DNA of 32,000 nucleotides from Raphidiopsis brookii D9 (GCA_000175855.1 ACYB01000047.1:60001-92000), one strand, 5' to 3'. Positions 18,659-28,202 are shown, counted from the first letter of the stretch. A program made the numbers and translations. The notes: generated from the sequence alone by a model not told the origin.

Positions 18659-19294
18659 TTAATAACGATTAATCACTTCCAGCAGTTCCCAGGGATGATC
18701 AATCAAAAAGTCAGGATTTTCCCTAGCTAGTGCTTCAGGAGAATTAAACCCCCAAGTAACTGCTATGACTTGCACATGTGCCTTTTTTGCAGCTTCTATG
18801 TCTCTAATTTCATCACCTACATAAATGACAGTCTCGGGCTTAATTTGTCTTTGTTTAATTACATTACTCATGATAGTATTCTTACCAAAAATTGTTACCC
18901 CTGAATGAACAAATTCAAATAGATTGTCTAACTGATGACACTTGAGAAATTCATGGACATTCTCTTGTGCATTAGAGGTAATAATTCCTAATTTATATCC
19001 CTGATTACTTAGCTCTCTTAGTGCTTCAGGAATTTCTGGTATGGGTTGTACATTCTTGATTTTATTTTTTAATTCTCCTTTCACTCTTTTAACTAAAAAG
19101 GGTATTTTAAATAGGGATATACCTGAATACTTAATAATTTGTCTAGCAGTTAAATTTCTTAATAGTTTTAATTCATTAGCAGATATTTGCATATAGCCAA
19201 ACTCCCGGGCTAGACGATTAGCAATTGTTACCAAAGCGTCTAATGTATCTGCAATTGTGCCATCAAAGTCAAAGATGATTACTTTTTGAGTCAT
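18659..19294 (-). CDS. HAD-superfamily hydrolase, phosphoglycolate phosphatase-like
   Basis: 'IIFDFDGTIADTLDAL', 'LGIITSNAQENV', 'VIYVGDEIRDIEAAKKAHVQVIAVTWGFNSPEAL'. Confidence 0.9.
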   Translation of the reverse strand: MTQKVIIFDFDGTIADTLDALVTIANRLAREFGYMQISANELKLLRNLTARQIIKYSGISLFKIPFLVKRVKGELKNKIKNVQPIPEIPEALRELSNQGYKLGIITSNAQENVHEFLKCHQLDNLFEFVHSGVTIFGKNTIMSNVIKQRQIKPETVIYVGDEIRDIEAAKKAHVQVIAVTWGFNSPEALARENPDFLIDHPWELLEVINRY

Positions 19295-20240
19295 TATTTA
19301 GTTTCAACGTAGTAAGATTGGCACGAGCATTTTTACGTAACATTCCTGGTTTAATCCGTCTCAAAGCTGATGCAGAGAATTTTTCATTCCATTGCTCATC
19401 AGTGATCTCCGATAATTCTACCAGCTTGGGAGCTAAATTTCCCGGGTAGGGATGAAAATCTACCACATCTGTTATCTGGGAAAACCGCTGATTCCAAGGA
19501 CAAACATCTTGACAAATATCACAACCAGCAACCCATCCTTGTAAATTTCTTTCTATGGTTATTGGCAGGGTTTCTCCTCTATTTTCAATAGTATGATAGG
19601 CAATACACTTATTGGCATCTACAACAAATGGCTGAGCAATTGCTTCTGTTGGACAAGCTTCTATACATCTGTTACAAGTACCACAGTGTTGGGTAGCTGG
19701 AGTATCTCCCTCTAATTCTAGATTAGTTAATACCTCACCTAAAAATACCCAGGAACCATATTCCCTGGTTATCACATTACCGTTTTTGCCAATCCAGCCA
19801 ATACCCGCTTTCTCAGCCCAAACTTTGTCCTGTATGGGTCCTGTATCGGCATAATATCTGGCTTTTATACCCTCACCCTTTGATTCCAACCAGGTAGCCA
19901 ATTGTTTGAGCTTTTTATGTAGAATCCTATGATAATCTCTCCCCCACCCATAACGGGATATTTTCCCATACTCTACCCCTTGAGGACGGGGATGGGGTGT
20001 ATAATAGTTTATCGCTACACAAACGAGCGATCGCACTTCTGGCATAACTAATTTTATGTCTTCTCGTTTTGGATTGGTCATCCAATCCATGTCAGCATGA
20101 TAACCCAGACTTATCCATTTCCTCAATCTTTCCTTTTCTTTGCTTTCCCCCAATACAACTGCGACACCAACTTTGTGGAATCCTAATTTGTAGGCTTTTT
20201 CTTTAATGGTATGAGTACTTAAGCTAGTTAAATAAGACAT
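19269..20240 (-). CDS. queG: Epoxyqueuosine reductase QueG
   Basis: 323 aa; 'RYYADTGPIQDKVWAEKAGIGWIGKNGNVI', ferredoxin-type 'CGTCNRCIEACPTEAI' and 'GCDICQDVCPWN'. Confidence 0.95.
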   Translation of the reverse strand: MSYLTSLSTHTIKEKAYKLGFHKVGVAVVLGESKEKERLRKWISLGYHADMDWMTNPKREDIKLVMPEVRSLVCVAINYYTPHPRPQGVEYGKISRYGWGRDYHRILHKKLKQLATWLESKGEGIKARYYADTGPIQDKVWAEKAGIGWIGKNGNVITREYGSWVFLGEVLTNLELEGDTPATQHCGTCNRCIEACPTEAIAQPFVVDANKCIAYHTIENRGETLPITIERNLQGWVAGCDICQDVCPWNQRFSQITDVVDFHPYPGNLAPKLVELSEITDEQWNEKFSASALRRIKPGMLRKNARANLTTLKLNNDSKSNHL

Positions 20241-20319
20241 GATGAGGTAGGAATTAGGTGGGTGAGATTAAAGTTTGGAGTATAATAGTAGAGTTATTCC
20301 TAAGCAAGGATGAAAAACA

Positions 20320-21048
20320 GTGAACCAAGCGGAAATTAGTACTCTCATTAAACAACAACTGAAACAACTAATTGTGGAAGACCCTGTGATCAAGAATTTG
20401 ATTTTAGGTTCCATGTCGCAATATTATATTGGAAGACAAGACGCGGATAGTAAATTCGACCGGACCCTGGCACAATTGCAATCTTACCAGGAAGAGCAGA
20501 ATCGTAAATGGGAAGAGCAGAATCGCCACAATCGTGAAATCATGGCACAATTGCAGTCTTACCAGGAAGAGCAGAATCGTAAGTGGGAAGAGCAAAATCG
20601 CCACAATCTGCAAGTTTTGGAAGAAATTAAACAAATGAACCGGAAACATGAAAGTACAGTTGGTTCCCTAGGTTCGCGATGGGGATTATCGTCAGAAGCA
20701 AGCTTCAGAAATGGACTAAAAGGAATTTTAAAAGATTCTTTTGGCGTAGAAGTGTTGAATTTCCTTGATTTCGACAATGAAGGAGAGGTTTTTGGCAGAC
20801 CGGACCAGGTGGAAATAGATGTGATTATCAAAAATGGTTTGATAATTTTATGTGAAATTAAATCCTCGATTGACAAAGCAGGAATGTATATTTTTGATCG
20901 GAAAGTAGCATTTTATGAAAAACATCATCAAAGAAGAGTTGATCGCAAATTAGTAATTTCCCCCATGGTAGACCCAAGAGCTTTGCCAGTAGCACAAAAC
21001 TTGGGAATTGAGATTTACAGCTATGCTGAAGATGTAAATAGCATTTAG
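20320..21048 (+). CDS. DUF3782-like protein with PD-(D/E)XK nuclease-like C-terminus and coiled-coil N-terminus
   Basis: 'RNGLKGILKDSFGVEVLNFLDFDNEGEVFGRPDQVEIDVIIKNGLIILCEIKSSIDKAGMYIFDRKVAFYEK' gives D-x(n)-ExK; N-terminal repeated EEQNRKWEEQNRHN. Confidence 0.78.
   Translation: MNQAEISTLIKQQLKQLIVEDPVIKNLILGSMSQYYIGRQDADSKFDRTLAQLQSYQEEQNRKWEEQNRHNREIMAQLQSYQEEQNRKWEEQNRHNLQVLEEIKQMNRKHESTVGSLGSRWGLSSEASFRNGLKGILKDSFGVEVLNFLDFDNEGEVFGRPDQVEIDVIIKNGLIILCEIKSSIDKAGMYIFDRKVAFYEKHHQRRVDRKLVISPMVDPRALPVAQNLGIEIYSYAEDVNSI
20471..20620 (+). repeat. Two tandem 75-bp units inside the DUF3782-like gene
   Basis: cacaattgca(a/g)tcttaccaggaagagcagaatcgtaa(a/g)tgggaagagca(g/a)aatcgccacaat repeats at 20471 and 20546, encoding AQLQSYQEEQNRKWEEQNRHN twice (25-aa period). 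Confidence 0.95.
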
Positions 21049-21187
21049 TCCACACTGAAAACTGCCAAATAACGAAACAGCATTGTTTTATCTAACTCAA
21101 TATTCGAAAGCGCCCATTGCCAATCTGGATGAGCTGTCATTAATCAATTTTCTAATGTTTCCCGGTCGAAAAGATGATACAGCATGA

Positions 21188-21613
21188 TTAACTTCCGCAT
21201 AAGGGAATGGTCGTTTCCAGCTTGAGACAGTTAGCACCATTGACCTGTAAATGATATTCAACCTTATCCATCAACCGATTCATAATCAGCCAACCATAGC
21301 CACCTTCTTGTTTTTGTTCAGGATGGGGAGGGAAGTAGGTGGTTATATCAAAACCATGTCCATAGTCCCAAACTTCAATACCTAGTTTCTGATCTGTCAG
21401 TTCCAGACGCAATAGAATTGGCAAATTTGGTTTATCTTTATGAGCATGGCGAACCGCATTTGAATATGCTTCAACCAGCGCAAGACGTAAACGAAGGGAT
21501 TCGCTTGACCAATCCAGAGAATTCCTCAAATGTTGTTTTAAGTATGCCAACAACCAGCTTTCAACTGTGTTGACAAAACTTAAATCACTGGGTACATAAA
21601 GTTCACTTTTCAT
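21188..21613 (-). CDS. Anti-sigma regulatory factor / RsbW-like kinase (HATPase_c)
   Basis: 'LRLALVEAYSNAVRHAHKD', 'IEVWDYGHGFD', 'GGYGWLIMNRLMDKVEY'. Confidence 0.88.
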   Translation of the reverse strand: MKSELYVPSDLSFVNTVESWLLAYLKQHLRNSLDWSSESLRLRLALVEAYSNAVRHAHKDKPNLPILLRLELTDQKLGIEVWDYGHGFDITTYFPPHPEQKQEGGYGWLIMNRLMDKVEYHLQVNGANCLKLETTIPLCGS

Positions 21614-21616
21614 CGT

Positions 21617-23302
21617 TTACAAAATTTCCAGAGAGAGAATGGTCTGATCATCTTCTTGAACAGGATTATCGCTTTGAACTCGAGCGATTAGCTGTTCAAG
21701 AGACAAAGGTTGAGGTTGTTCCCGTATAAGTTGCCAAATACCTTCTTTATTTAGTATAGACCAAGTTAGCGCCTGAGTGCCACTGTTATTTTTAATTAGT
21801 GATTTAGGCCTTATTGTTACTTTTGCTTCCGTAATACCGTCGCTCAGAAGTAGAAGGGTGTCTTTGGGAGCGAGAATTAATCTACCAGACTGTGATGACA
21901 GCTCAGGGAAAATCCCCAGAGGTACACTGCGGGTTGTGAGATATTGAGGTTCAGCTAAAGAGGCTGGATATGACCATAAGAGGGGATAAATGTGTCCAGC
22001 ATTGGCGTATATGAATTCTCGAGTAGTTTTATTATATTTGGCAATGACAAGAGTAATTAAATAATTTACACTGATTAGGTCTTCAGCTAGAGCATAGTTG
22101 AGATTTTGCAACACAATATTTGGCGGTGGTGGTGATTCCTGAGATAATTCACGACGCAAAAGAGAAATAGCACTGGCCATAAATAAAGCTGCAGGTACAC
22201 CCTTACCAGAAACATCACCTACTGCTAACCACAGTTCACCAGATGGATGGAGAAACACCTCAAAAAAAATCTCCCCCACTTCTCGTGCAGGGTAACAGCA
22301 CGCCTGTATTTTCAACCCGTCAATTTTTGGTAAAGTTTGACGCAGCAGATTATTTTGAATTTGACGTGCTACTTGCAGTTCTTGGCGAGTCTGTTCTTGT
22401 TTCTCTTTTAAGCTTTGGTCAAGCCTGGCCTGGGAAAGGGTCAGAGATGCTTGTTTTGCTACATCTCCAATCAGTTCTATATCCTCTTGCTCCCATGGTG
22501 TTTCTACAGTGCATTTACACAAGGTCATTACGGCTAGTAAATCATCCTGATAACAAAAGGGAACTATTAAATAATGTAAATAATGAGCGTGATTGACCTT
22601 ATCTGTATATTGAACTACTTGATATTTTTTTCCCAATATAATTTTTTGAATTAGGCTTAATGACTCCTTGGGTAAGTCAGGGGTTAGACAATCAAGGTCA
22701 CAGTATAAAAATATAGCTGTTGTTAGGATATCACCTTCCACTAACCTTAACAAACAACTACTAGCTGCAAATTTTTCTCCAATTGTAGCTACCATTTTAT
22801 CAAGGGTACTTGTATAACTATGGGAATCTCTAAGTATCTTAGTAATGGCATTAAATAAAGACTCTCTCTTCAAAGCCTGACGTAACTCTCTCGTGCGAGT
22901 TTTTAATAAATTGTAAGTATCCCTTCCCTGTTCAACTAATGCTCTAAGTTGTTGGGGGTTCCATGGTTTGGTAATATATTTGAATACTCGACCTGAGTTA
23001 ATTGCATCTACTAAATCTTCAACATCAGTATAAGCAGTAAGAAGAATGCGAATGGTATCAGGAAAACGTTCAACAATTTGACTAAGAAATTCTGTACCCT
23101 TCATATCTGGCATTCTTTGGTCAGAAATAATCACTGACATTTCTCCCACCTGATCCAAGATAGTCCAAGCATGACTGACACTGTTAGCTTTATAGACTTC
23201 AAAATCACGCCAGAAAGTGCGATATACCAGGTCTAGATTGTCCGGTTCATCATCTACCACCATTAATTTAGGTTTTTGCACATCATTGTCATAGTTAACC
23301 AT
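21617..23302 (-). CDS. Response regulator - GAF-like - SpoIIE/PP2C serine phosphatase
   Basis: Receiver 'LMVVDDEPDNLDLVYRTF...VIISDQRMPDMKG...YITKPW'; GAF-like middle; 'QVARQIQNNLL', 'WLAVGDVSGKGVPAALFMA', 'YANAGHIYPLLW', 'LLLLSDGITEA'. Confidence 0.93.
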   Translation of the reverse strand: MVNYDNDVQKPKLMVVDDEPDNLDLVYRTFWRDFEVYKANSVSHAWTILDQVGEMSVIISDQRMPDMKGTEFLSQIVERFPDTIRILLTAYTDVEDLVDAINSGRVFKYITKPWNPQQLRALVEQGRDTYNLLKTRTRELRQALKRESLFNAITKILRDSHSYTSTLDKMVATIGEKFAASSCLLRLVEGDILTTAIFLYCDLDCLTPDLPKESLSLIQKIILGKKYQVVQYTDKVNHAHYLHYLIVPFCYQDDLLAVMTLCKCTVETPWEQEDIELIGDVAKQASLTLSQARLDQSLKEKQEQTRQELQVARQIQNNLLRQTLPKIDGLKIQACCYPAREVGEIFFEVFLHPSGELWLAVGDVSGKGVPAALFMASAISLLRRELSQESPPPPNIVLQNLNYALAEDLISVNYLITLVIAKYNKTTREFIYANAGHIYPLLWSYPASLAEPQYLTTRSVPLGIFPELSSQSGRLILAPKDTLLLLSDGITEAKVTIRPKSLIKNNSGTQALTWSILNKEGIWQLIREQPQPLSLEQLIARVQSDNPVQEDDQTILSLEIL

Positions 23303-23449
23303 ACTACTGAGCTGAAAAAGTGGAGGTCAGGACGGGAAAAAACTCCCAGCTTTTTGGGACTAAAATCGTCAAAAGTTTCCGAAAAATTGGATAAACTAGT
23401 GTAAAGTTTGGTGTGAGCTTAAGTTTAGTCTAATTTAAAATACAATGTT

Positions 23450-24193
23450 ATGTTAACCTATCAGTCACCTGAAAAATTCCCCGTTTTGGGGTTACCAGTT
23501 CATCTGGTGGAAAATTACCCCTATTGGTTAGTAGAGTCTCTTCAGCAGGGTAGAGGAGCCCATGTGGTGACTCTCAATGCGGAAATGACTATGCAAGCTA
23601 GACGGAACCCAAGTTTGTCCACGGTTATTGAAAACGCTGACCTCGTTATCCCAGATGGCGCAGGAGTGGTATTATATCTACGTTTCATACTCAAACAGCA
23701 GGTAAAACGTTTTCCCGGTATTGAACTAGCAGAAGGTCTACTCCAAGAACTGGGTAGAAAAGCAACATCTACAAAGGTATTTTTTTATGGCGGATCGCCA
23801 GGAGTAGCAGCTAAAGCTGCGGATTTTTGGCAAAAACAAGTTCCTAATTTAAATTTTGTTGGTACTCACTCTGGATATCATTCCCCAGAAACTGAAAAAA
23901 TATTACTAGAGACTTTAACTGAGTTACAACCTCAAGTCATTTTTGTAGGCTTAGGAGTTCCTCGTCAAGAACTATGGATCGCTAAAAACCGTAGTCTGTG
24001 TCCTCAGGCGGTTTGGATTGGGGTGGGCGGTAGTTTTGATATTTGGTCTGGTGGCAAAAACCGCGCACCCCAATGGTTGGCAAATAATAATTTAGAATGG
24101 CTTTATCGTTTATATCAAGAACCTTGGCGATGGCGTCGAATGCTGGCTTTACCAGAGTTCTTATTTCAGTCTCTAATCTCAAAAGGTCATTAA
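23450..24193 (+). CDS. WecG/TagA/CpsF family glycosyltransferase
   Basis: 'VVTLNAEMTMQARRNPSLSTVIENADLVIPDGAGVVL', 'VFFYGGSPGVAAKAADF', 'FVGLGVPRQELWIAKNR', 'GVGGSFDIWSG...RAPQWLANNNLEWLYRLYQEPWRWRR'. Confidence 0.94.
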   Translation: MLTYQSPEKFPVLGLPVHLVENYPYWLVESLQQGRGAHVVTLNAEMTMQARRNPSLSTVIENADLVIPDGAGVVLYLRFILKQQVKRFPGIELAEGLLQELGRKATSTKVFFYGGSPGVAAKAADFWQKQVPNLNFVGTHSGYHSPETEKILLETLTELQPQVIFVGLGVPRQELWIAKNRSLCPQAVWIGVGGSFDIWSGGKNRAPQWLANNNLEWLYRLYQEPWRWRRMLALPEFLFQSLISKGH

Positions 24194-24226
24194 AATGGAA
24201 ATGCCCACATACGTAACTAATCAAGG

Positions 24227-24778
24227 TTACTTACTATCCTTGAGCCGAATATCAATCACGGAAGCGTTGAAATTGTAGTTAAACCCTTCCAGTTCAAAAG
24301 GCATGCCAATTTTTACTTTACTATTACCCAAGACTGGGCCATTGTCCGTAACTTGTGCTTTCCCCTCTAAGGTCAGTAGAAAATCCGTGCTAAAATTATT
24401 ACTTCTCGGATCTGGCAATTCTTTAATTGAACCATCTGGTTGGGGTACTAAGATGGTTCTTTTTAACTCCTCGATGGATTTAATCCCAATTTGTCCGTAG
24501 GGTTGATTACGAATAATTACGTTAGTTTTGCCGCCTTTGGTAAATCCCTGTTTAAATAGTTGCTGGCTATCTCGGACATTTAAACCCCTTACTATTAGGT
24601 CTACTTCTATGGGAACTGTTTTCGTACCTATCTGAGCTATGGAACCAGAAGTCCCAGGAAACACAAAAATGCCAATTATCACTAGTAATATTACCAGTGC
24701 TGCACTTAGATCTAGAAAGTTAATTTTACCGAATAGCCGCCCTTTGGCATCTAGAATATTCATTCTACTCCTTCGCAC
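24227..24778 (-). CDS. DUF4330 domain-containing protein
   Basis: 'MNILDAKGRLFGKINFLDLSAALVILLVIIGIFVFPG...TVPIEVDLIVRGLNVRD'. Start is more likely the Met at 24763. Confidence 0.82.
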   Translation of the reverse strand: MRRSRMNILDAKGRLFGKINFLDLSAALVILLVIIGIFVFPGTSGSIAQIGTKTVPIEVDLIVRGLNVRDSQQLFKQGFTKGGKTNVIIRNQPYGQIGIKSIEELKRTILVPQPDGSIKELPDPRSNNFSTDFLLTLEGKAQVTDNGPVLGNSKVKIGMPFELEGFNYNFNASVIDIRLKDSK

Positions 24779-26021
24779 CTGCTTGTATTAATAAGTTACT
24801 TGTTTCTGCATAATTATTAGATTTTGCAATCATTAGAGCTGTGTACCCACCATGATTTCTTGTGTTTACCTTTGCCCCAGCTTTAATTAACATATCTACC
24901 GCTCGAATATATCCTTGCTTAGTAGCATACATTAGTGGTGTTATACCTACTGGGTCTTGTAGGTTGACATTTGCTCCTTTTGTCAGAAGCAGTTGAAAAG
25001 TTTCTGGATGGTTACCAATTATAGCTTTAACTAGGGCACTGTTGCCATCTTCAGCCATAACATTTATATTAACCCCACTTCCAATAAAACCTTGACCGTT
25101 TCAGTATGTCCTTGGAATGCTGCTAAGGTCAAGGGGAATTCCCCCAAATTCTTTTTTGCTGCCATCTGCTCCCGCAGCAAGTAGAACCCTGACTATTTCT
25201 TGGTACCCTTGAAATACTGCTAAGATTAGGGGGGTGTCTCCCAAATTATTTCTGATTTCTAAGTTAGCACCCCTATTTATTAGGGTTTTCACTGTCTCTA
25301 GGTGGTTTTCGACAACGCTAAAGTGCATGGCTGTTTCACCATCTTGATCTTGGTGATTAATTTCTGCACCCCCATCTAACAGCACTTGGATAATTTCAGT
25401 ATGTCCGCCAGCAGCAGCAGCTAGTAGTGCCGTAGTTCCATCACTATTCTCTAGGTTAGGGTTAACACCATATAATAACAATGTTTTCACTATGTCTAAG
25501 TGACCATTATCCGCTCCCATAATTAACAGGCTTTCAGTCTCACCCTTAACTTGACTATGTTTTAGGAGAATATTCAATATAACCTTATTATTCTGCCTAA
25601 TTGCTAGTTTAAATGCATCCTCATTATGTTCGTCTACAATTTTTGGATCTGCTCCAAAATTTAACAGGTTTTGTACAGTCTCAATGTGACCCTTCTCTAC
25701 TGCTATCATTAATGCTGTACTTCCATCTTCATTGACCGCATTTGTATTTGCTCCTTGAGATGTTAGCAATTTTACTACTTCAACTTGATTATGTGCAGCA
25801 GCTAACATTAATGCTGTTAAACCATGGAGTTTCCTAGGTAAATCAATATCAGCTCCAAACTCCAATAGGCAACGTACAATCTCCGTGTAGCCAAAATTAG
25901 CAGCAAACATTAATGCTGTCGTACCATGGCGATCGCCCGCATCTACTGGAAATCCCGATCCTAGTAATTGACGAACCTGCTGAACATTACCATTTTTCGC
26001 AGCCGTAAGTAAATCAATCAT
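24765..26021 (-). pseudogene. Ankyrin-repeat protein disrupted by two mutually compensating frameshifts (track shows 25101-26021 and 24765-25058)
   Basis: Both ORFs are ankyrin repeats in the same reading frame. The intervening segment is open in another frame: EFPLTLAAFQGHTETVKVLLEVG. Confidence 0.8.
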
Positions 26022-26170
26022 CTCATTAACCTCAGTTTCAGTAAATACAACTAGTTATAGTGTTATAATTGGTGAATTATTATGGGGAACCCAAGTAAAT
26101 CACTTTTTGCAGTGTTTGCCATAATTTATGCTAAGTTTTATAAAGATTTAATACTTTAGGTAAATAAACC

Positions 26171-26641
26171 ATGAGTTTAGAACTTACTCCAGACGTAAAA
26201 TTCGGTTTACAATTTTTTCATCCTGCAATCATGTGGATATTGTTAGCGCTGTCATTATATGCAGCTTACTTAGGGTTACAAGTACAGCGTACCAGAAATG
26301 CCCAAGGAGAAGAGAAGAAACAACTAATTAAGGGTAAATATAGCGATAAACACCACAAAATTGGCTCTGTACTCCTAGCGTTGATGGTAGGGGGCTCCAT
26401 TGGGGGAATGGCGGTTACCTATATTAACAATGGTAAGTTATTTGTTGGACCCCATCTCCTAGCTGGTTTAGGCATGACCGGTTTGATAGCTTTTTCTGCT
26501 GCACTGTCTCCATTTATGCAAAAAGGAGCAAATTGGGCCCGGGCCACACATATTCTATTGAATTTTGGAATTTTGGGACTTTTTATTTGGCAAGCTGTGT
26601 CCGGTGTAGAAATTGTTCTGAAAATTATTAGTCAAGCCTAG
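26171..26641 (+). CDS. DUF4079 domain-containing membrane protein
   Basis: Four hydrophobic segments; 'VKFGLQFFHPAIMWILLALSLYAAYLG', 'DKHHKIGSVLLALMVGGSIGGMA', 'KLFVGPHLLAGLGM'. Confidence 0.82.
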   Translation: MSLELTPDVKFGLQFFHPAIMWILLALSLYAAYLGLQVQRTRNAQGEEKKQLIKGKYSDKHHKIGSVLLALMVGGSIGGMAVTYINNGKLFVGPHLLAGLGMTGLIAFSAALSPFMQKGANWARATHILLNFGILGLFIWQAVSGVEIVLKIISQA

Positions 26642-26651
26642 AATAGTTTTA

Positions 26652-26685
26652 ATGTGTAGGTAGATTACTTAATCTCCTTACACAT
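26652..26685. terminator. Candidate bidirectional terminator between convergent DUF4079 and DUF1997 genes
   Basis: ATGTGTAGGTAGATTA-CT-TAATCTCCTTACACAT; 16-bp inverted repeat with one mismatch and one G-U. Confidence 0.5.
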
Positions 26686-26706
26686 AGCATAACATCTAAC
26701 CAACTC

Positions 26707-27402
26707 TTAATTTTGCCCATGAAAGTCTTCTTGTACCTTACGAGTTAAGCGCCGAGATACCTGACGGACAACTTGATTTAACAGGCGATCGCCTGTGGAC
26801 TGTACGAGGGAACTTGGTAAGCGTCTGATAAACTTAGGGAATTGCAAATAAACAGTTAAATCTAATTGCCATTCCACTTTGGTAATACCTGGTGTATCTT
26901 CAATGAGTTGCATATAGGCGTTATAGTTAATGTGATAACCGGGAGATTGGTAGTTGGGGATGGGAATGGAGCGGATTTGACATTGATTTTTTCCGGGAAC
27001 TAACAATTCCAGACCTATTTTTGGCTCTACTTCATAACCAAAAGCACCAAACCTACCAATTACCAATGTATAACCATTCTCACCCAGGGGATGAACTACC
27101 ATAGGTTGGGCACAACGTATAAACCATGCTGAATGACAGTTAAAATATTGCATCACCTGTTCACTAGATGCTTGCATTTCCATAAACTCTCGATGATGAC
27201 TATAGAATTTATTAGGAAATGCTTCATAGTTTTCTGTTAGTGCATTCTCAGTAATAAGACGAGATATAGGACTTGACAAAGAAGAATCAAGCTCATGTAC
27301 TCCTAATTCTAAAGACTGAAATTCCCAATTATTTGCTACCATAATTCCATTTTCTCTATAGTCAAAAGTTTTTGTATATTGCGTATCAACCATGGTTTTC
27401 AA
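26707..27402 (-). CDS. DUF1997 domain-containing protein
   Basis: 231 aa; 'FIRCAQPMVVHPLGENGYTLVIGRFGAFGYEVEPKIGLELLVP', 'VEWQLDLTVYLQFPKFIRRLP'. Confidence 0.75.
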   Translation of the reverse strand: MKTMVDTQYTKTFDYRENGIMVANNWEFQSLELGVHELDSSLSSPISRLITENALTENYEAFPNKFYSHHREFMEMQASSEQVMQYFNCHSAWFIRCAQPMVVHPLGENGYTLVIGRFGAFGYEVEPKIGLELLVPGKNQCQIRSIPIPNYQSPGYHINYNAYMQLIEDTPGITKVEWQLDLTVYLQFPKFIRRLPSSLVQSTGDRLLNQVVRQVSRRLTRKVQEDFHGQN

Positions 27403-27575
27403 GCTGAGGTAGCTTGCAAAGACAAAAATTCAAATTTCATAAAAATATGGAAAAAAGCATCTACCAAACAGTTGTGCGTATATAAATACTATGTCATTAT
27501 GTCATCCTATCCAGAGATTCCTTAGAATAAATAACGAAACCAACAAACATATTGTTTCCTAGGATAACCTTAATT

Positions 27576-28202
27576 ATGAAAGCATTTGTAGCAGGTGCAA
27601 CAGGTCAAACAGGTCAGCGGATAGTAGAAGAGTTAGTATCCAGAAATATTCCCGTGCGAGCGCTAGTGAGGGACGAGCAAAAAGCTCGAAATCTTCTTCC
27701 TTCCCAGGTTGAATTAATTGTGGGGGATATTTTGCAACCTGAAAGCCTAATTGCTGCTTTAGGTGACAGCACAGTAGTTTTATGTGCAACTGGTGCTAGA
27801 CCGAGTTTTGACCCGACTGGTCCCTATCAGGTAGATTTCCAGGGGACGAAAAATCTAGTCAAAGCAGCTCAAGATAGAAAAATTCAACATTTTGTCCTAG
27901 TTTCTTCTCTATGCGTTTCTCAGTTATTTCATCCCCTCAACCTATTCTGGTTAATTTTAGTTTGGAAAAAACAAGCCGAAGAGTTTATTAGAAAAAGCGG
28001 AATAAGCTATACAATTGTGCGACCTGGAGGATTAAAAAATGATGATAACTCTGATCAAGTTATTATGCAGGGTCCTGATACTTTATTTGAAGGTAGCATT
28101 TCCAGAAAAAAAGTAGCTCAGGTTTGTGTAGAATCATTGTTTGAAAAAGCCAGGTGGAATCAGATTGTGGAGATAATTGCTAAACCAGTCAGTTCCAGTT
28201 AA
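27576..28202 (+). CDS. NAD(P)-binding atypical SDR / NmrA-like protein (track ORF starts at 27552)
   Basis: 'MKAFVAGATGQTGQRIVEELVSRNIPVRALVRD...VLCATGARPSFD...YTIVRPGGLKND'. Confidence 0.85.
   Translation: MKAFVAGATGQTGQRIVEELVSRNIPVRALVRDEQKARNLLPSQVELIVGDILQPESLIAALGDSTVVLCATGARPSFDPTGPYQVDFQGTKNLVKAAQDRKIQHFVLVSSLCVSQLFHPLNLFWLILVWKKQAEEFIRKSGISYTIVRPGGLKNDDNSDQVIMQGPDTLFEGSISRKKVAQVCVESLFEKARWNQIVEIIAKPVSSS

Noticed and set aside
17193-21048. Protease plus nuclease-like gene as a defence island
   Set aside because: The C1 peptidase-TerB gene is separated from the DUF3782-like gene by housekeeping genes (HAD hydrolase, queG) on the opposite strand to the latter. There are no sensor, NTPase or RT genes, so nothing supports a joint defence system.
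22243-22596. 117-aa plus-strand ORF
   Set aside because: Embedded antisense in the RR-GAF-PP2C gene, which has clear domain motifs.
24765-26021. Possible non-coding repeat array
   Set aside because: The repetition is ~33-aa ankyrin repeats in coding sequence.
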